Below are positions 51,411 through 61,900 of a stretch of DNA of 64,000 bases, one piece after another (the first letter of the stretch is position 1; each line of letters starts with the position of its first letter). Made by a program: the position numbers and the translations under genes. The DNA comes from Rhodothermales bacterium (GTDB lineage Bacteria; Bacteroidota; Rhodothermia; Rhodothermales; Bin80), in assembly GCA_963663495.1 (NCBI GenBank), contig OY760427.1:273130-337129 (forward strand), given 5' to 3'. The notes below the pieces were generated by a model. The model was not told the origin of the DNA. It made no database searches and worked only from the letters and a program-made list of their open reading frames with translations.

Positions 51411-54299
51411 GTGGAAGTTCATCGCAGGTCCTCAAAGCACAGTAAGCTTGCTCCCGGCGCCCGCGTGTCCACACGGGACGAACAATTCGTAGTCCGTCGG
51501 CTGGAGCGAACATTAAACAATAGGTTCGTGGTTACCCTGACGGGCCTCTCACGATTGGTCCGCGATAAGGACTACTATGTTCTTGACACGGTCGAAGATT
51601 ACACCGTAGTCAATCCGCACGACACGAAAATTGTTCACGACGAATCTCCCCGCTACCGCGCTTCTCGGCTACACATTGAGTCGGTCCTCCGCCAGACCCC
51701 CCCTACTGACACGTTTATACGTCTCGGGCATCGTGGGGCCATGGATTCGGTACCCTACCAGCTTGTGCCTGCTCTAATGGCACTACAGCAGCCCAAGCCT
51801 CGCATCCTGATCGCGGATGCTGTCGGCATTGGTAAGACTCTGGAGGCGGGCATCCTGATGACGGAGCTTATTCGGCGCGGGCGCGGCAGACGCATCCTTG
51901 TCGTAACACTCAAGAGCATGCTAACGCAGTTTCAGAAGGAACTGTGGTCGCGCTTCACGATCCCTCTCGTACGTCTGGATTCCGTAGGTATCCAGCGTGT
52001 AAGGGCTAGGCTTCCTACCAATCACAACCCGTTCTATTATTACGACCGAGCGATTATTTCCATTGATACGTTGAAGGCCGCACGCCAGTACCGTTCCTTC
52101 ATTGAGAATGCCTATTGGGATATTATCGTCCTCGATGAGGCGCAGCATGTTGCAGAGCGCCCCGGGCGCTCCTTGCGCAACAAGTTGGCCAAGCTCCTGG
52201 CTGATCGGTCTGACGCACTAATCATGCTCTCGGCTACGCCCCACGATGGGCGCGCCAAGAGCTTCGCCAGCTTGGTCAATATGCTGGATCCCACAGCTAT
52301 TGCCGACCCGAATTCGTATACCAAAGAGGATCTGGACGGAAAGAACCTGTTCATACGGCGGTTTAAGAAGGATATCTGGCATCAGGTTTCCGGGGCATTT
52401 CAAGAACGTTCTGTCACGCTTCGCAGGGCGCAGGCATCGGTACAGGAGGAGGAAGCCTTCCGGCACCTTACCGACATGTCCGGCACCATCTTTACGGCGC
52501 GACGCGGTGGCCAGTGGTTGATTCGCACGGTACTTGAGAAAGCCGTCTTTTCGTCGCCCGCAGCGTGCAGGGAGACGATCAGCAATCGCATTGATCGCCT
52601 TCGTAAGGCAGCTACCGCCCGGGATGATGAGATCTATGCGTTACAGCAGCTTGATAGCGCCCTCGGACAAGTGACCGTGGAGCATTTTTCCAAGTACCGG
52701 TTGCTCTTAAACACCATTAAGGAGATGGGCTGGACCGGGAAGAATGAGGAGGATCGGCTTGTCATATTCACCGAGCGTATTGATACCCTGCAATTCCTCT
52801 CCGAAAACCTGGAAAAGGATCTCGGTCTGAAGCCCAAGGCTATCGTAATGCTTCACGGAGCATTAAGTGATCTTGATCAGCAGGCCATCGTAGAGTCGTT
52901 CGGGCAGACTGACAAACCCGTGCGACTCCTTATCGCATCGGACGTAGGTTCCGAAGGAATCAACCTGCATTTTCTGAGCCACAGATTGATTCATTTTGAC
53001 ATACCATGGTCGCTCATGATACTCCAGCAGCGCAACGGCCGTGTTGACCGGTATGGACAGGAGAAAAAGCCGCAGATCTACTACCTAATCACTGAGTCGG
53101 AGAACAGGAGGATACGCGGTGACATGCGGATCCTGGAGCTTCTGATTGAGAAAGAAGAGGAGGCGGTACGCAACATTGGTGACCCGGCGTCCATAATCGG
53201 GGTCTACAATGCCGAGCAGGAAGAGATCATTGTAAAGGATGTCATCGAGCAGGGGATGACCACCGACCAGGCTGAAAGACATTTTCGAACGCAGCGTGCC
53301 GATCCGTCTGTCGCTGCCGGGATTGATCCGATACAGGCACTGTTCGGGGAACTTGACCCCATGGACGATGCTGCGAACAGTAAACGGGAGCTGCATTCCG
53401 TGTTCGACTCTGACTACGCGTACCTGAAGACTGCGCTGGAGCATATCCAGGCAGAGACGCAACCGGGCGACGAGGAAAAGCTGCAGGTGTCTTACTACGA
53501 CGATGAAATGCGGCTCCAGCTTACGGCGCCGACGGGCCTGAAGGATCGCTTTAAATATCTCCCCAAGGCCGCCCGACCACGGAAGGACATCCTTGATGTC
53601 TGCGCGGATCGGCAGACCATCAAGGATGAGATTCGTCGGTGCAGGTCGGATGATGACGCCTGGCCCGCAATACACTACCTCTGGCCGTTACACCCGGCGA
53701 TGCGTTGGGCGACCGACAAAGTGACCTCCTCCATCAAGGAGCAGGAGGCGTTCATTCTGGCGCTCCCGGATGTGCTGCACAAAACCGAGGCGTCGTATGT
53801 GATTTCGGTTCTCTACTCCAACAGAAGAGGGCAAACCGTGCTACAGAAGCTCATCTGTATTCGTACAGGCCATGGTAAGCACCTGAGCACCAAGCTCTTT
53901 GCCAAGTCCAAGGAATTCCATGCTCTGCGACGGACCGGGCTTTCCAACGCGGGAATCCCGGACATCCTTGAGCATGCACAGGGCCTGTTGCCTGCCGTCC
54001 TCAACTGGGCAGCGGAATATGGAAAAGATGCGCGCGCGGAACACGAAGCAATTGTCGGTCCGAAACTACAGGAACACCTAGACGACCTCAAGACACTCCG
54101 GGAACGTCATAACGCAGTGGTGAGGCAACAGTTTGAGGGACGGGAGGACAGGTTAGCAACGGGCACCATAGCGAAGCGGTCCAAGGAAATCGACAAGCTG
54201 TTTACGAACTACGAGGGCTGGATCACGGACACGATGGAGCTGGAGGACGATCCCTATTTGCAGGTTTTGGCGGTGCTCACTGGTCTCGGGACCGACTAA
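51411..54299 (+). CDS. SNF2-family helicase (DISARM DrmD-like)
   Basis: RILIADAVGIGKTLEAG, LDEAQH, LSATPHDG, ASDVGSEGINL and QQRNGRVDRYGQ. Confidence 0.9.
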   Translation: MEVHRRSSKHSKLAPGARVSTRDEQFVVRRLERTLNNRFVVTLTGLSRLVRDKDYYVLDTVEDYTVVNPHDTKIVHDESPRYRASRLHIESVLRQTPPTDTFIRLGHRGAMDSVPYQLVPALMALQQPKPRILIADAVGIGKTLEAGILMTELIRRGRGRRILVVTLKSMLTQFQKELWSRFTIPLVRLDSVGIQRVRARLPTNHNPFYYYDRAIISIDTLKAARQYRSFIENAYWDIIVLDEAQHVAERPGRSLRNKLAKLLADRSDALIMLSATPHDGRAKSFASLVNMLDPTAIADPNSYTKEDLDGKNLFIRRFKKDIWHQVSGAFQERSVTLRRAQASVQEEEAFRHLTDMSGTIFTARRGGQWLIRTVLEKAVFSSPAACRETISNRIDRLRKAATARDDEIYALQQLDSALGQVTVEHFSKYRLLLNTIKEMGWTGKNEEDRLVIFTERIDTLQFLSENLEKDLGLKPKAIVMLHGALSDLDQQAIVESFGQTDKPVRLLIASDVGSEGINLHFLSHRLIHFDIPWSLMILQQRNGRVDRYGQEKKPQIYYLITESENRRIRGDMRILELLIEKEEEAVRNIGDPASIIGVYNAEQEEIIVKDVIEQGMTTDQAERHFRTQRADPSVAAGIDPIQALFGELDPMDDAANSKRELHSVFDSDYAYLKTALEHIQAETQPGDEEKLQVSYYDDEMRLQLTAPTGLKDRFKYLPKAARPRKDILDVCADRQTIKDEIRRCRSDDDAWPAIHYLWPLHPAMRWATDKVTSSIKEQEAFILALPDVLHKTEASYVISVLYSNRRGQTVLQKLICIRTGHGKHLSTKLFAKSKEFHALRRTGLSNAGIPDILEHAQGLLPAVLNWAAEYGKDARAEHEAIVGPKLQEHLDDLKTLRERHNAVVRQQFEGREDRLATGTIAKRSKEIDKLFTNYEGWITDTMELEDDPYLQVLAVLTGLGTD

Positions 54300-54303
54300 G
54301 CGC

Positions 54304-57300
54304 ATGCCTCTTGATCTGTCGGGTATCACGAACGAGAACGAGTTCTACGCCAGCCATTATCTGGAGGCGGTGCTGGAGCGGGATCTGCGCGGGCTCCTCA
54401 AGGTCTGGGGTAGGAAACAGAACCCTCCATGGGACAGGCTGCGCCGCCTGAAGCAGCCCTTCTTCCAGGCCTGCCTCGACAGTGAGCAGGCCGCCTCTCC
54501 CGAAGAGCGCCTTGGCGTGCAGCGCCGCTTCCTGGAGCAGCTCCTGGCTGCTCTGGACTACGGCATGAACCCCGGCCTGCTGGATACCAGCGTCGCACCC
54601 GTACCCCTGCTCTCTTCCGTACGTGCTGCGCCGCGCGGCCCGGCACGCCTCCTCGTCGTGGAAGCCTTCGGAGACCGGAAACCCGACATGGTGCAGATGC
54701 CTGTGGATGCACGGCAGGACCCGAACGCCCACAAAGAGCTGACGCTCGGCAAGCTGATCAACAACGCCCTCTTCTTTGATGATGACCCGCCCCGGTGGGT
54801 GCTGGTAGCATCCCTCTTCTCCCTCACCCTGTTTGACCGCTCCAAGTGGTCAGGGCGCCGCGCCCTGCACTTCGACTGGAGTGAGATACTCGGCAGAAAC
54901 GATTTGCCCACCCTCAAGACCACGGCCGCCCTCCTGCACCGCAGCAGCCTCTGCCCGGACTGCGGCGTTTCGCTCCTTGATGCGCTCAGCGAACAGTCCC
55001 ACAAACACGCCCATGCCGTATCCCAGGACCTCAAGTATGCCCTGCGCGAGGCTATTGAGCTTCTGGGCAACGAGACCGTGCGCCACCTGCGCACCATCTC
55101 CCGGGAAGGCGTCTACGGCAAAGACCTCGCAGACACCCTCACGGGAGAGTGCCTGCGCTACATGTACCGGCTGCTGTTCCTGTTCTACATTGAGGCCCGA
55201 CCGGAACTCGGATACCTCCCCCTCAAATCCAAGATTTACCGCAAAGGCTACAGCCTGGAGAAGCTGCGGGAACTGGAGCTGGTAGACCTCAGCACCGACA
55301 AAGCACGCAACGGCCTGTTCTTCGATATTTCCATCCGCCACCTGTTCCGGATGCTGTACCGCGGCTTTGACGGCGGAAGGCAGGGAGATGTTGAAGTGAA
55401 GCACGACAACACCTTCAAGATTGCTCCCCTGAAGAGTCACCTTTTTGACCCGGACCAGACCCCGATGCTGGACAGGGTGCGGGTACGCAACCATATCTGG
55501 CAGCGCATCATACGGATGATGTCTTTATCTACCGGGCACGGACGCCAGACCGGACGTATCTCGTACGCCCAACTGGGTATCAACCAGCTGGGGGCGGTCT
55601 ATGAAGGCCTGCTGTCCTACCGGGGCTTCTTTGCCGAACGCGATCTGTACGAGGTGAAGAAGGCTAAAAGCGACCACGATGTACTGTCGCAGGCCTACTT
55701 CGTGTCTGACGAACAGATTGAGGACTATGATGACAATGAGCGGGTCTACAATGAGGACGGCACTTCCAAGGTCTATGTTCGGGGCAGCTTTGTCTACCGG
55801 CTGGCAGGGCGGGACCGCGAGATGTCGGCCTCGTACTACACCCCGGAGGTACTCACACGGTGTGTGGTGCGGTATGCATTGAGGGAGGTACTACCGGACA
55901 AGACCGCAGATGCGCTGCTGGGGCTTACGATCTGCGAGCCGGCGCTGGGCTCTGCCGCCTTCCTGAACGAGGCGCTGTCGCAGCTGGCAGACGCCTACCT
56001 GCGGAGGAAGCAGAAGGAAAAGGGGGAGACGCTGCTGCCCGATATGTACGCGGAGGAGAAGCAGAAGGTGAAGATGCTTCTTGCCGACAACAATGTATAC
56101 GGGGTGGATCTGAACCCGGTGGCGGTGGAGCTGGCCGAGGTGTCGCTGTGGTTGGGTACGCTGGTGCCGGGAGGGTTTGTGCCGTGGTTCGGTAACCAGC
56201 TGAAGTGCGGTAACTCGCTCGTCGGGGCATGGCGCAGGGTGTACCCCGCTGCCGCGCTGCGCAAGCGGAGCTGGTGGAAAGAAGCGCCGGCTGCCGTGCC
56301 GTTTTCGGAGGCGCGCCCTGCTGCGGGGATATACCATTTTCTGGTGGGCGATAGCGGTATGGCGACCTATACCGACCGGGTGATAAAGCAGCTGGCACCG
56401 GACGAGCTGCGGCAGATTGCTGTGTGGAGGAAGGCGTTTACGCGTCCGCACACGGCGGCGGAGACCCTCCGTCTGGAGCGGTTATCGGCGGGTGTGGATC
56501 TGTTGTGGCAGCGGCATGCGGCGGATCTGCGGCGGCTGGAGCGGCAGACCACCGACGGGTTTGATGTGTACGGGCAGCCTCCTGCCACGAAGCAGCAGAC
56601 CACGACCAGGGAGAAGGACCGGATCCTGGAGGAAGCGTTGCGGCTGGGCGCAGGCAATGCGGGCGCCTACCGGAGGCTGAAGCTGGTGATGGACTACTGG
56701 TGTGCGCTGTGGTTCTGGCCGATAGAAGAGGCGCACCTTTTGCCTGCGCGCGGGCAGTACCTGTCGGACATGGAGCTATTGCTGACAGGCAAGGAAGCAC
56801 TTCCGGGGCCGGTGGACCGGGAGCAGCTGCCGCTGTTTGCGGAGGGGGCGTTTGTGGATCTTCGCGATGAGCTGGGGTTTGTGGATCTGGACCGCCTGAC
56901 ACGGGAGCTGCCGCGGCTGGTGGTGGTGCAGAAGCTCGTCCGGCGGTACCGGTTTCATCACTGGCAGCTGGAGTATGCGGACCTGTTTGCGGACCGGGGC
57001 GGGTTTGATGTGGTGTTGGGCAACCCTCCGTGGGTCAAGGTGGCATGGAAGGAAGGAGGGGTGATGGGAGACCTGGAGCCGGAGCTGGTGCTGCGGAAGG
57101 TCAGCGCATCGGACCTTGTACACCGTCGGGCATCGTTTTTGGAGAACCGGTACTACCGGGAGCGCTACATGGGTGCCTACGAAGCGGCAAGCGGCACCAA
57201 GGCCTATTTGAATGCACCGCAGAACTATCCGCTGCTAAGAGGTACGCAGACCAATCTGTACAAGTGTTTTGTGACGTTGGCGTGGGAGTTGTCAACGGAG

Positions 57301-58932
57301 GCGGCGGGGCTATTGCATCCGGAGGGGGTGTACGACGATGCGAAGGGGCAGCGTCTGCGGAGGGTGCTGTACCGCAGGGTGCGGGGGCATTATCAGTTTG
57401 TGAATCAGCTGATGCTGTTTCCGGAGATAGGGCATAGAGTAACATTCAGTGTCAACATATACGGGAAGGAGCGGCGAGGAGTGGGGTTTAACACGATGGC
57501 GAACCTGTTTCATCCGGAGACGGTGGAGGCGGCGTATGAGCACGATGGCTACGGGCCGGTGCCGGGGATAAAGACGGACGCCAACAAGTGGGACCTGTCC
57601 GGTCACCGGGAGCGCATTGTACCGGTAGGAGGAGAAGAGCTGGCGCTGTTTGCGCGGCTGTACGGGGGCGTGCAGGAAGAGGCCAAGCTGCCTGCGGTGC
57701 ACTCCCGATCATCGCTGGGAGTGATGGAGAAGCTGGCATCCTATCCACGGAAGGTGCGGGACCTGGAGTACATGTCGCACGCGATGTGGCACGAAACCAA
57801 TGCGCAGAAGGACGGCACCATCCAGAGAGCAACATGCTTTCCGGCTTCGGGAGACGAGATGATCTACTCCGGCCCCCACTTCTTTGTGGGAAACCCGTTC
57901 TACAAGACCCCTAACCCCGGCTGCCGTACAAAGGCCGACTACTCCGTGCTGGACCTTACCACGCTACCTGCAGACTACCGGCCACGATGCAACTACGTAC
58001 CGGCATGCTCCAAAGAAGAATACACCCGCCGCATCCCACGGCTGGCATGGGACAACAACACCCCCATCACTGATAAGTATCGAGTGGTGTTTAGAGGGAT
58101 GCTTAGCATTGCAGGCAAGCGGACGCTGATACCTGCTATCGTGCCACCGGGGGCGGCATATATTCATACCATAACCGCAGGAGTCTTCGGTACCAAGAAA
58201 GATCTCGTAGCAGCAGTTGGCGGGTTGCTTGCCTTACCTTGTGACTTTGCTACTAAGATCTATGGAAAAGCAGCCCTGCTAGGCGCTTGGACGGACCTTC
58301 CCGTACCCGACTTCCATCCCGACACGGCCAGTCGGGTGCTGGGGCTGGTGTGCCTGACAGAGGACTATGCGGCGCTGTGGAATGCGTTCTGCGACATGGA
58401 AGACCCGCACCCATGGTCCAAAAAGGATCCTCGACTGGATCCTGCCTGGTTTACACACCAGACAGCACCCTGGTCAGCAGCAAGCCCGCTGCGCAGCGAC
58501 TATGCCCGCCGCCAGGCACTGGTAGAACTGGATGTGCTCTTCGCCAAAGCCTGCGGCATCACCCTGGAAGGACTGCAAGTCGTCTACCGCACACAATTCC
58601 CCGTCATGCGGTATTGCGAACATGACACCTGGTACGACCGCAAAGGACGGATCGTCTTTACCAGCAACAAAGGACTGAGCGGTGTCGGACTGCCACGCAC
58701 CCGGAAACGGGAAGACCGCTGCTACAACATCCACTCCCCCACGAAGACAGCAACAGGCATCCCCCTCGGATGGGAAGATGTCCAGGAGATGCAGGAAGGA
58801 GTCGTGACAAAAACATTCCTTGACACCTCGCTCACCGACGAGCCGCAAGAACGCACCATCGCATACCACGCCCCGTTCGATCAGTGCAACCCCGAAGAAG
58901 ATTACAACATGGCGTGGGAACACCTGGAATAA
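54304..58932 (+). CDS. Large type IIG/Eco57I-like N6-adenine DNA methyltransferase (DrmMI-like)
   Basis: QLGAVYEGLL, SYYTPEVL, CEPALGSAAFL, YGVDLNPVAVELA, GFDVVLGNPPW and TNLYKCF. C-terminal TRD region. Confidence 0.9.
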   Translation: MPLDLSGITNENEFYASHYLEAVLERDLRGLLKVWGRKQNPPWDRLRRLKQPFFQACLDSEQAASPEERLGVQRRFLEQLLAALDYGMNPGLLDTSVAPVPLLSSVRAAPRGPARLLVVEAFGDRKPDMVQMPVDARQDPNAHKELTLGKLINNALFFDDDPPRWVLVASLFSLTLFDRSKWSGRRALHFDWSEILGRNDLPTLKTTAALLHRSSLCPDCGVSLLDALSEQSHKHAHAVSQDLKYALREAIELLGNETVRHLRTISREGVYGKDLADTLTGECLRYMYRLLFLFYIEARPELGYLPLKSKIYRKGYSLEKLRELELVDLSTDKARNGLFFDISIRHLFRMLYRGFDGGRQGDVEVKHDNTFKIAPLKSHLFDPDQTPMLDRVRVRNHIWQRIIRMMSLSTGHGRQTGRISYAQLGINQLGAVYEGLLSYRGFFAERDLYEVKKAKSDHDVLSQAYFVSDEQIEDYDDNERVYNEDGTSKVYVRGSFVYRLAGRDREMSASYYTPEVLTRCVVRYALREVLPDKTADALLGLTICEPALGSAAFLNEALSQLADAYLRRKQKEKGETLLPDMYAEEKQKVKMLLADNNVYGVDLNPVAVELAEVSLWLGTLVPGGFVPWFGNQLKCGNSLVGAWRRVYPAAALRKRSWWKEAPAAVPFSEARPAAGIYHFLVGDSGMATYTDRVIKQLAPDELRQIAVWRKAFTRPHTAAETLRLERLSAGVDLLWQRHAADLRRLERQTTDGFDVYGQPPATKQQTTTREKDRILEEALRLGAGNAGAYRRLKLVMDYWCALWFWPIEEAHLLPARGQYLSDMELLLTGKEALPGPVDREQLPLFAEGAFVDLRDELGFVDLDRLTRELPRLVVVQKLVRRYRFHHWQLEYADLFADRGGFDVVLGNPPWVKVAWKEGGVMGDLEPELVLRKVSASDLVHRRASFLENRYYRERYMGAYEAASGTKAYLNAPQNYPLLRGTQTNLYKCFVTLAWELSTEAAGLLHPEGVYDDAKGQRLRRVLYRRVRGHYQFVNQLMLFPEIGHRVTFSVNIYGKERRGVGFNTMANLFHPETVEAAYEHDGYGPVPGIKTDANKWDLSGHRERIVPVGGEELALFARLYGGVQEEAKLPAVHSRSSLGVMEKLASYPRKVRDLEYMSHAMWHETNAQKDGTIQRATCFPASGDEMIYSGPHFFVGNPFYKTPNPGCRTKADYSVLDLTTLPADYRPRCNYVPACSKEEYTRRIPRLAWDNNTPITDKYRVVFRGMLSIAGKRTLIPAIVPPGAAYIHTITAGVFGTKKDLVAAVGGLLALPCDFATKIYGKAALLGAWTDLPVPDFHPDTASRVLGLVCLTEDYAALWNAFCDMEDPHPWSKKDPRLDPAWFTHQTAPWSAASPLRSDYARRQALVELDVLFAKACGITLEGLQVVYRTQFPVMRYCEHDTWYDRKGRIVFTSNKGLSGVGLPRTRKREDRCYNIHSPTKTATGIPLGWEDVQEMQEGVVTKTFLDTSLTDEPQERTIAYHAPFDQCNPEEDYNMAWEHLE

Positions 58933-58997
58933 ATGCCGTGAACATGTCAAGACCAAACAACAGCATGCCGCAGCAACATGGACAGCGCAGCGAGCTG

Positions 58998-61900
58998 ATG
59001 ATTCCTTCCGTATTGGCCGCGGAAACAAAAAAAGCGCTCGGAGACTACCTTCGCACGACATTTCTCTGCACAACACCCACCTTCAAAGACACTCTTAACC
59101 AACTCCTTGCCAGTGATAGGCTGTTCAAGGGGCCGTTCCTGACCCTGCACCTACCGTTTGTGATGGGCACCAGGACTACTGATTGGTTCCCTGCAATACC
59201 CTTTCCGTTCCGTCCATACAAACACCAGGAGCTGGCATTCGAAAGACTAACCGGTGATACCCCGCAACCCACCATCATAGCAACCGGAACCGGATCAGGC
59301 AAAACTGAGGCCTTCCTGCTGCCAATCCTGGAACACTGCCGAAAGCATGCGGGCCAGAAAGGGATTAAGGCTATCCTGATCTACCCGATGAATGCACTGG
59401 CAACCGACCAATCGCGGCGCATTGCCAGGCTGATTCACAAAACGAACAGCTTAAAAGGCAAAGTACGGGCCGGCCTGTTCATCGGCAGCAGGGACAAAGA
59501 GCCGCAGGGGATCATGTCGGAGGACAGCATTATCACGTCTCGGGACATGATGCGCCACCACCCTCCAGATATCCTGCTGACCAACTACAAGATGCTGGAT
59601 CTCCTGATGGTGCGGGCACGGGACGCATCAATCTGGTCCGGTAACCGCCCTGGCACGCTGCGCTTCCTGGTTGTGGATGAACTTCACACGTTCGATGGCG
59701 CTCAAGGCACCGATCTCGCATGCCTCCTGCGCAGGCTCAAAGCACGGCTGCAAGCACCCGATGTATGCCCGATCGGCACTTCCGCTACTCTTGGGGTGAG
59801 CGATGAAGCCACGGACGACTTGCACACCTACGCCAGATCCATTTTCGATCGTGAGTTTGGTCCGGGATCCATTATCAGGGAGCAACGCGTCACCGCAGGT
59901 CAGTTCCTGCAGGATGAATTGATCGGTTCAACCGACGTACCGGCAGACCTGGCACCCGGCGGCCACCTGGACCCGGATCAGTACACATCTCCCAGTGCTT
60001 TCGTAGCAGCACAATTTGCCCAGTGGTTCCCGAATGAGGCTAAACCGACAACGGACCGGGTGATGGAGCCGCAGTGGCGGTCTCAATTGGGACAACACCT
60101 GATGAAGCATCTCGCATTCAGGAACCTACTCACGATCCTGAAAGGCAAGACACTGTCCGTGGAGGAAGTCGCCCGGCGCCTCGCGGCTACAAGCAGAGAA
60201 ACGGCCGACGCGCAAGAGGATGACAAAACGAGAGTCCTTGATAGCCTGCTGGCACTCACCAGTGTCGCACGCCGCCCGGACCGCGATGGAAGCGAACCGC
60301 TCGTGGATATCCGTTTGGATGTATGGATACGTGAAATGCGGCGGATGGTAGCCTCAGTCGGACCAGAAGCAGACTTAACATGGGCGGATGACGTTGTGGA
60401 CCAGCGAGACGAGGATTCCACCACCCATCTGCCTATGGTTTTGTGCCGCAACTGCGGAACGGCAGCCTGGGGAGGCCTCAAGCGCCAAAACGACCACAAG
60501 ATCCATGCCGACACGCACCGTTTCTATAATACCTATTTCAACGGCTTACCCGACCTATGCCTGCTGTTTCCGGGCCCGCAGGAATCATGGGCGGACCATA
60601 AACGCGGAAAGGTGCAGTATCTGTGCAGCCTATGCCTTTCACTGCACCGCAAGCAGAGATCGTGCTCCTGCGGTAACGAGGACGACCTGATATGCGTGTA
60701 TGTCCCTGACCTGATCCAAACTACCAATGGCCGAGCGAAAGCCCGTCCTGAATGCCCGACATGCGATTCACGGTACGGAATAAGTATTGTCGGGGCGCAG
60801 GCGTCAAGCGTCTCCGCGGTGATCGCCAGCCAAATGTTCGCGTCGCAGTACAACGGCGACAAGAAACTCCTGGCATTTTCTGATTCCGTCCAGGATGCTT
60901 CGCATAGAGCAGGATTCTTCCAAGGTCGCACCTTCCAGTTCACTGTTCGCAGTGCCTTGGCGCAATACCTCAACCGTTCCGCGAACAGAACGCCAACATT
61001 GGAAGCAACCGCCGATGGGTTCCGGCAGTCACTCCGCGGCACATATCCGGATGAAGCTTTCGTTGGAACCTTCATCGCTCCAGACCTGCTTGCCCATCAT
61101 GACTATGACTCGCTGGAGGAAGATGGTCAACTTTCACCCGGCTCAGAGCTTCCAGGCCTCGTAGCTGACCGGCTGCACTGGGAAGTCTACAAGGCATTTG
61201 GGCACTGGGCGCGAATAGGTCGCAGCCTGGAAAAGGTGCTCGTGGCTGCTGCTGCGCCCTGCCCGGCACTCCTCCGCAAGGCAAGGGAGGCAATCCTGGA
61301 ACCGCTTCGCAATGAGACTGGCGGTCTGTCATCGCTCACAGAGCGCGCTGTTGACCAGTTTCTCGCAGGGTTTTTATACCACTTGCGCGTGGGCGGAGGT
61401 ATCTACCATCCTGCCCTCAAAGGCTACATCCAGAGCATGGGTGATGCGCGCCGGATGTCATCGCCAAAGGTGGCCTACATGCCTCGCGCGGGAAGGAGAA
61501 CTCCAGCGTTCGCCACGGACGGCAAAAGCGAACGCTTCCGCAGACTGCTGCGAGGCAAGCAGCGTACATGGCTTGGCGCTTGGGCAACAAAGAGCCTGGC
61601 AGGCGACTGCACCGTGACAGCCCTGGGCCACGCGGAAATGCAATTTATCGTCAACCAGCTGGTGGATGAACGTATGCTTGAATGCCATGATGTCAAAGGA
61701 AAACATGTGTGGTCCATTCCCGGCAACGCACTCCTCGTCTCCACGGATGTGTACCGCTACCACTGCATCACATGCGGCCATGAAATCACCTCCGTCCATT
61801 GGGAACGCACCCTTTGGGACAACGCACCCTGTATGGCCTTCACATGCTCCGGCGCGTACGAGCGCGCGAAGGTCCACACCACGGATTACTACAAGGGCTT

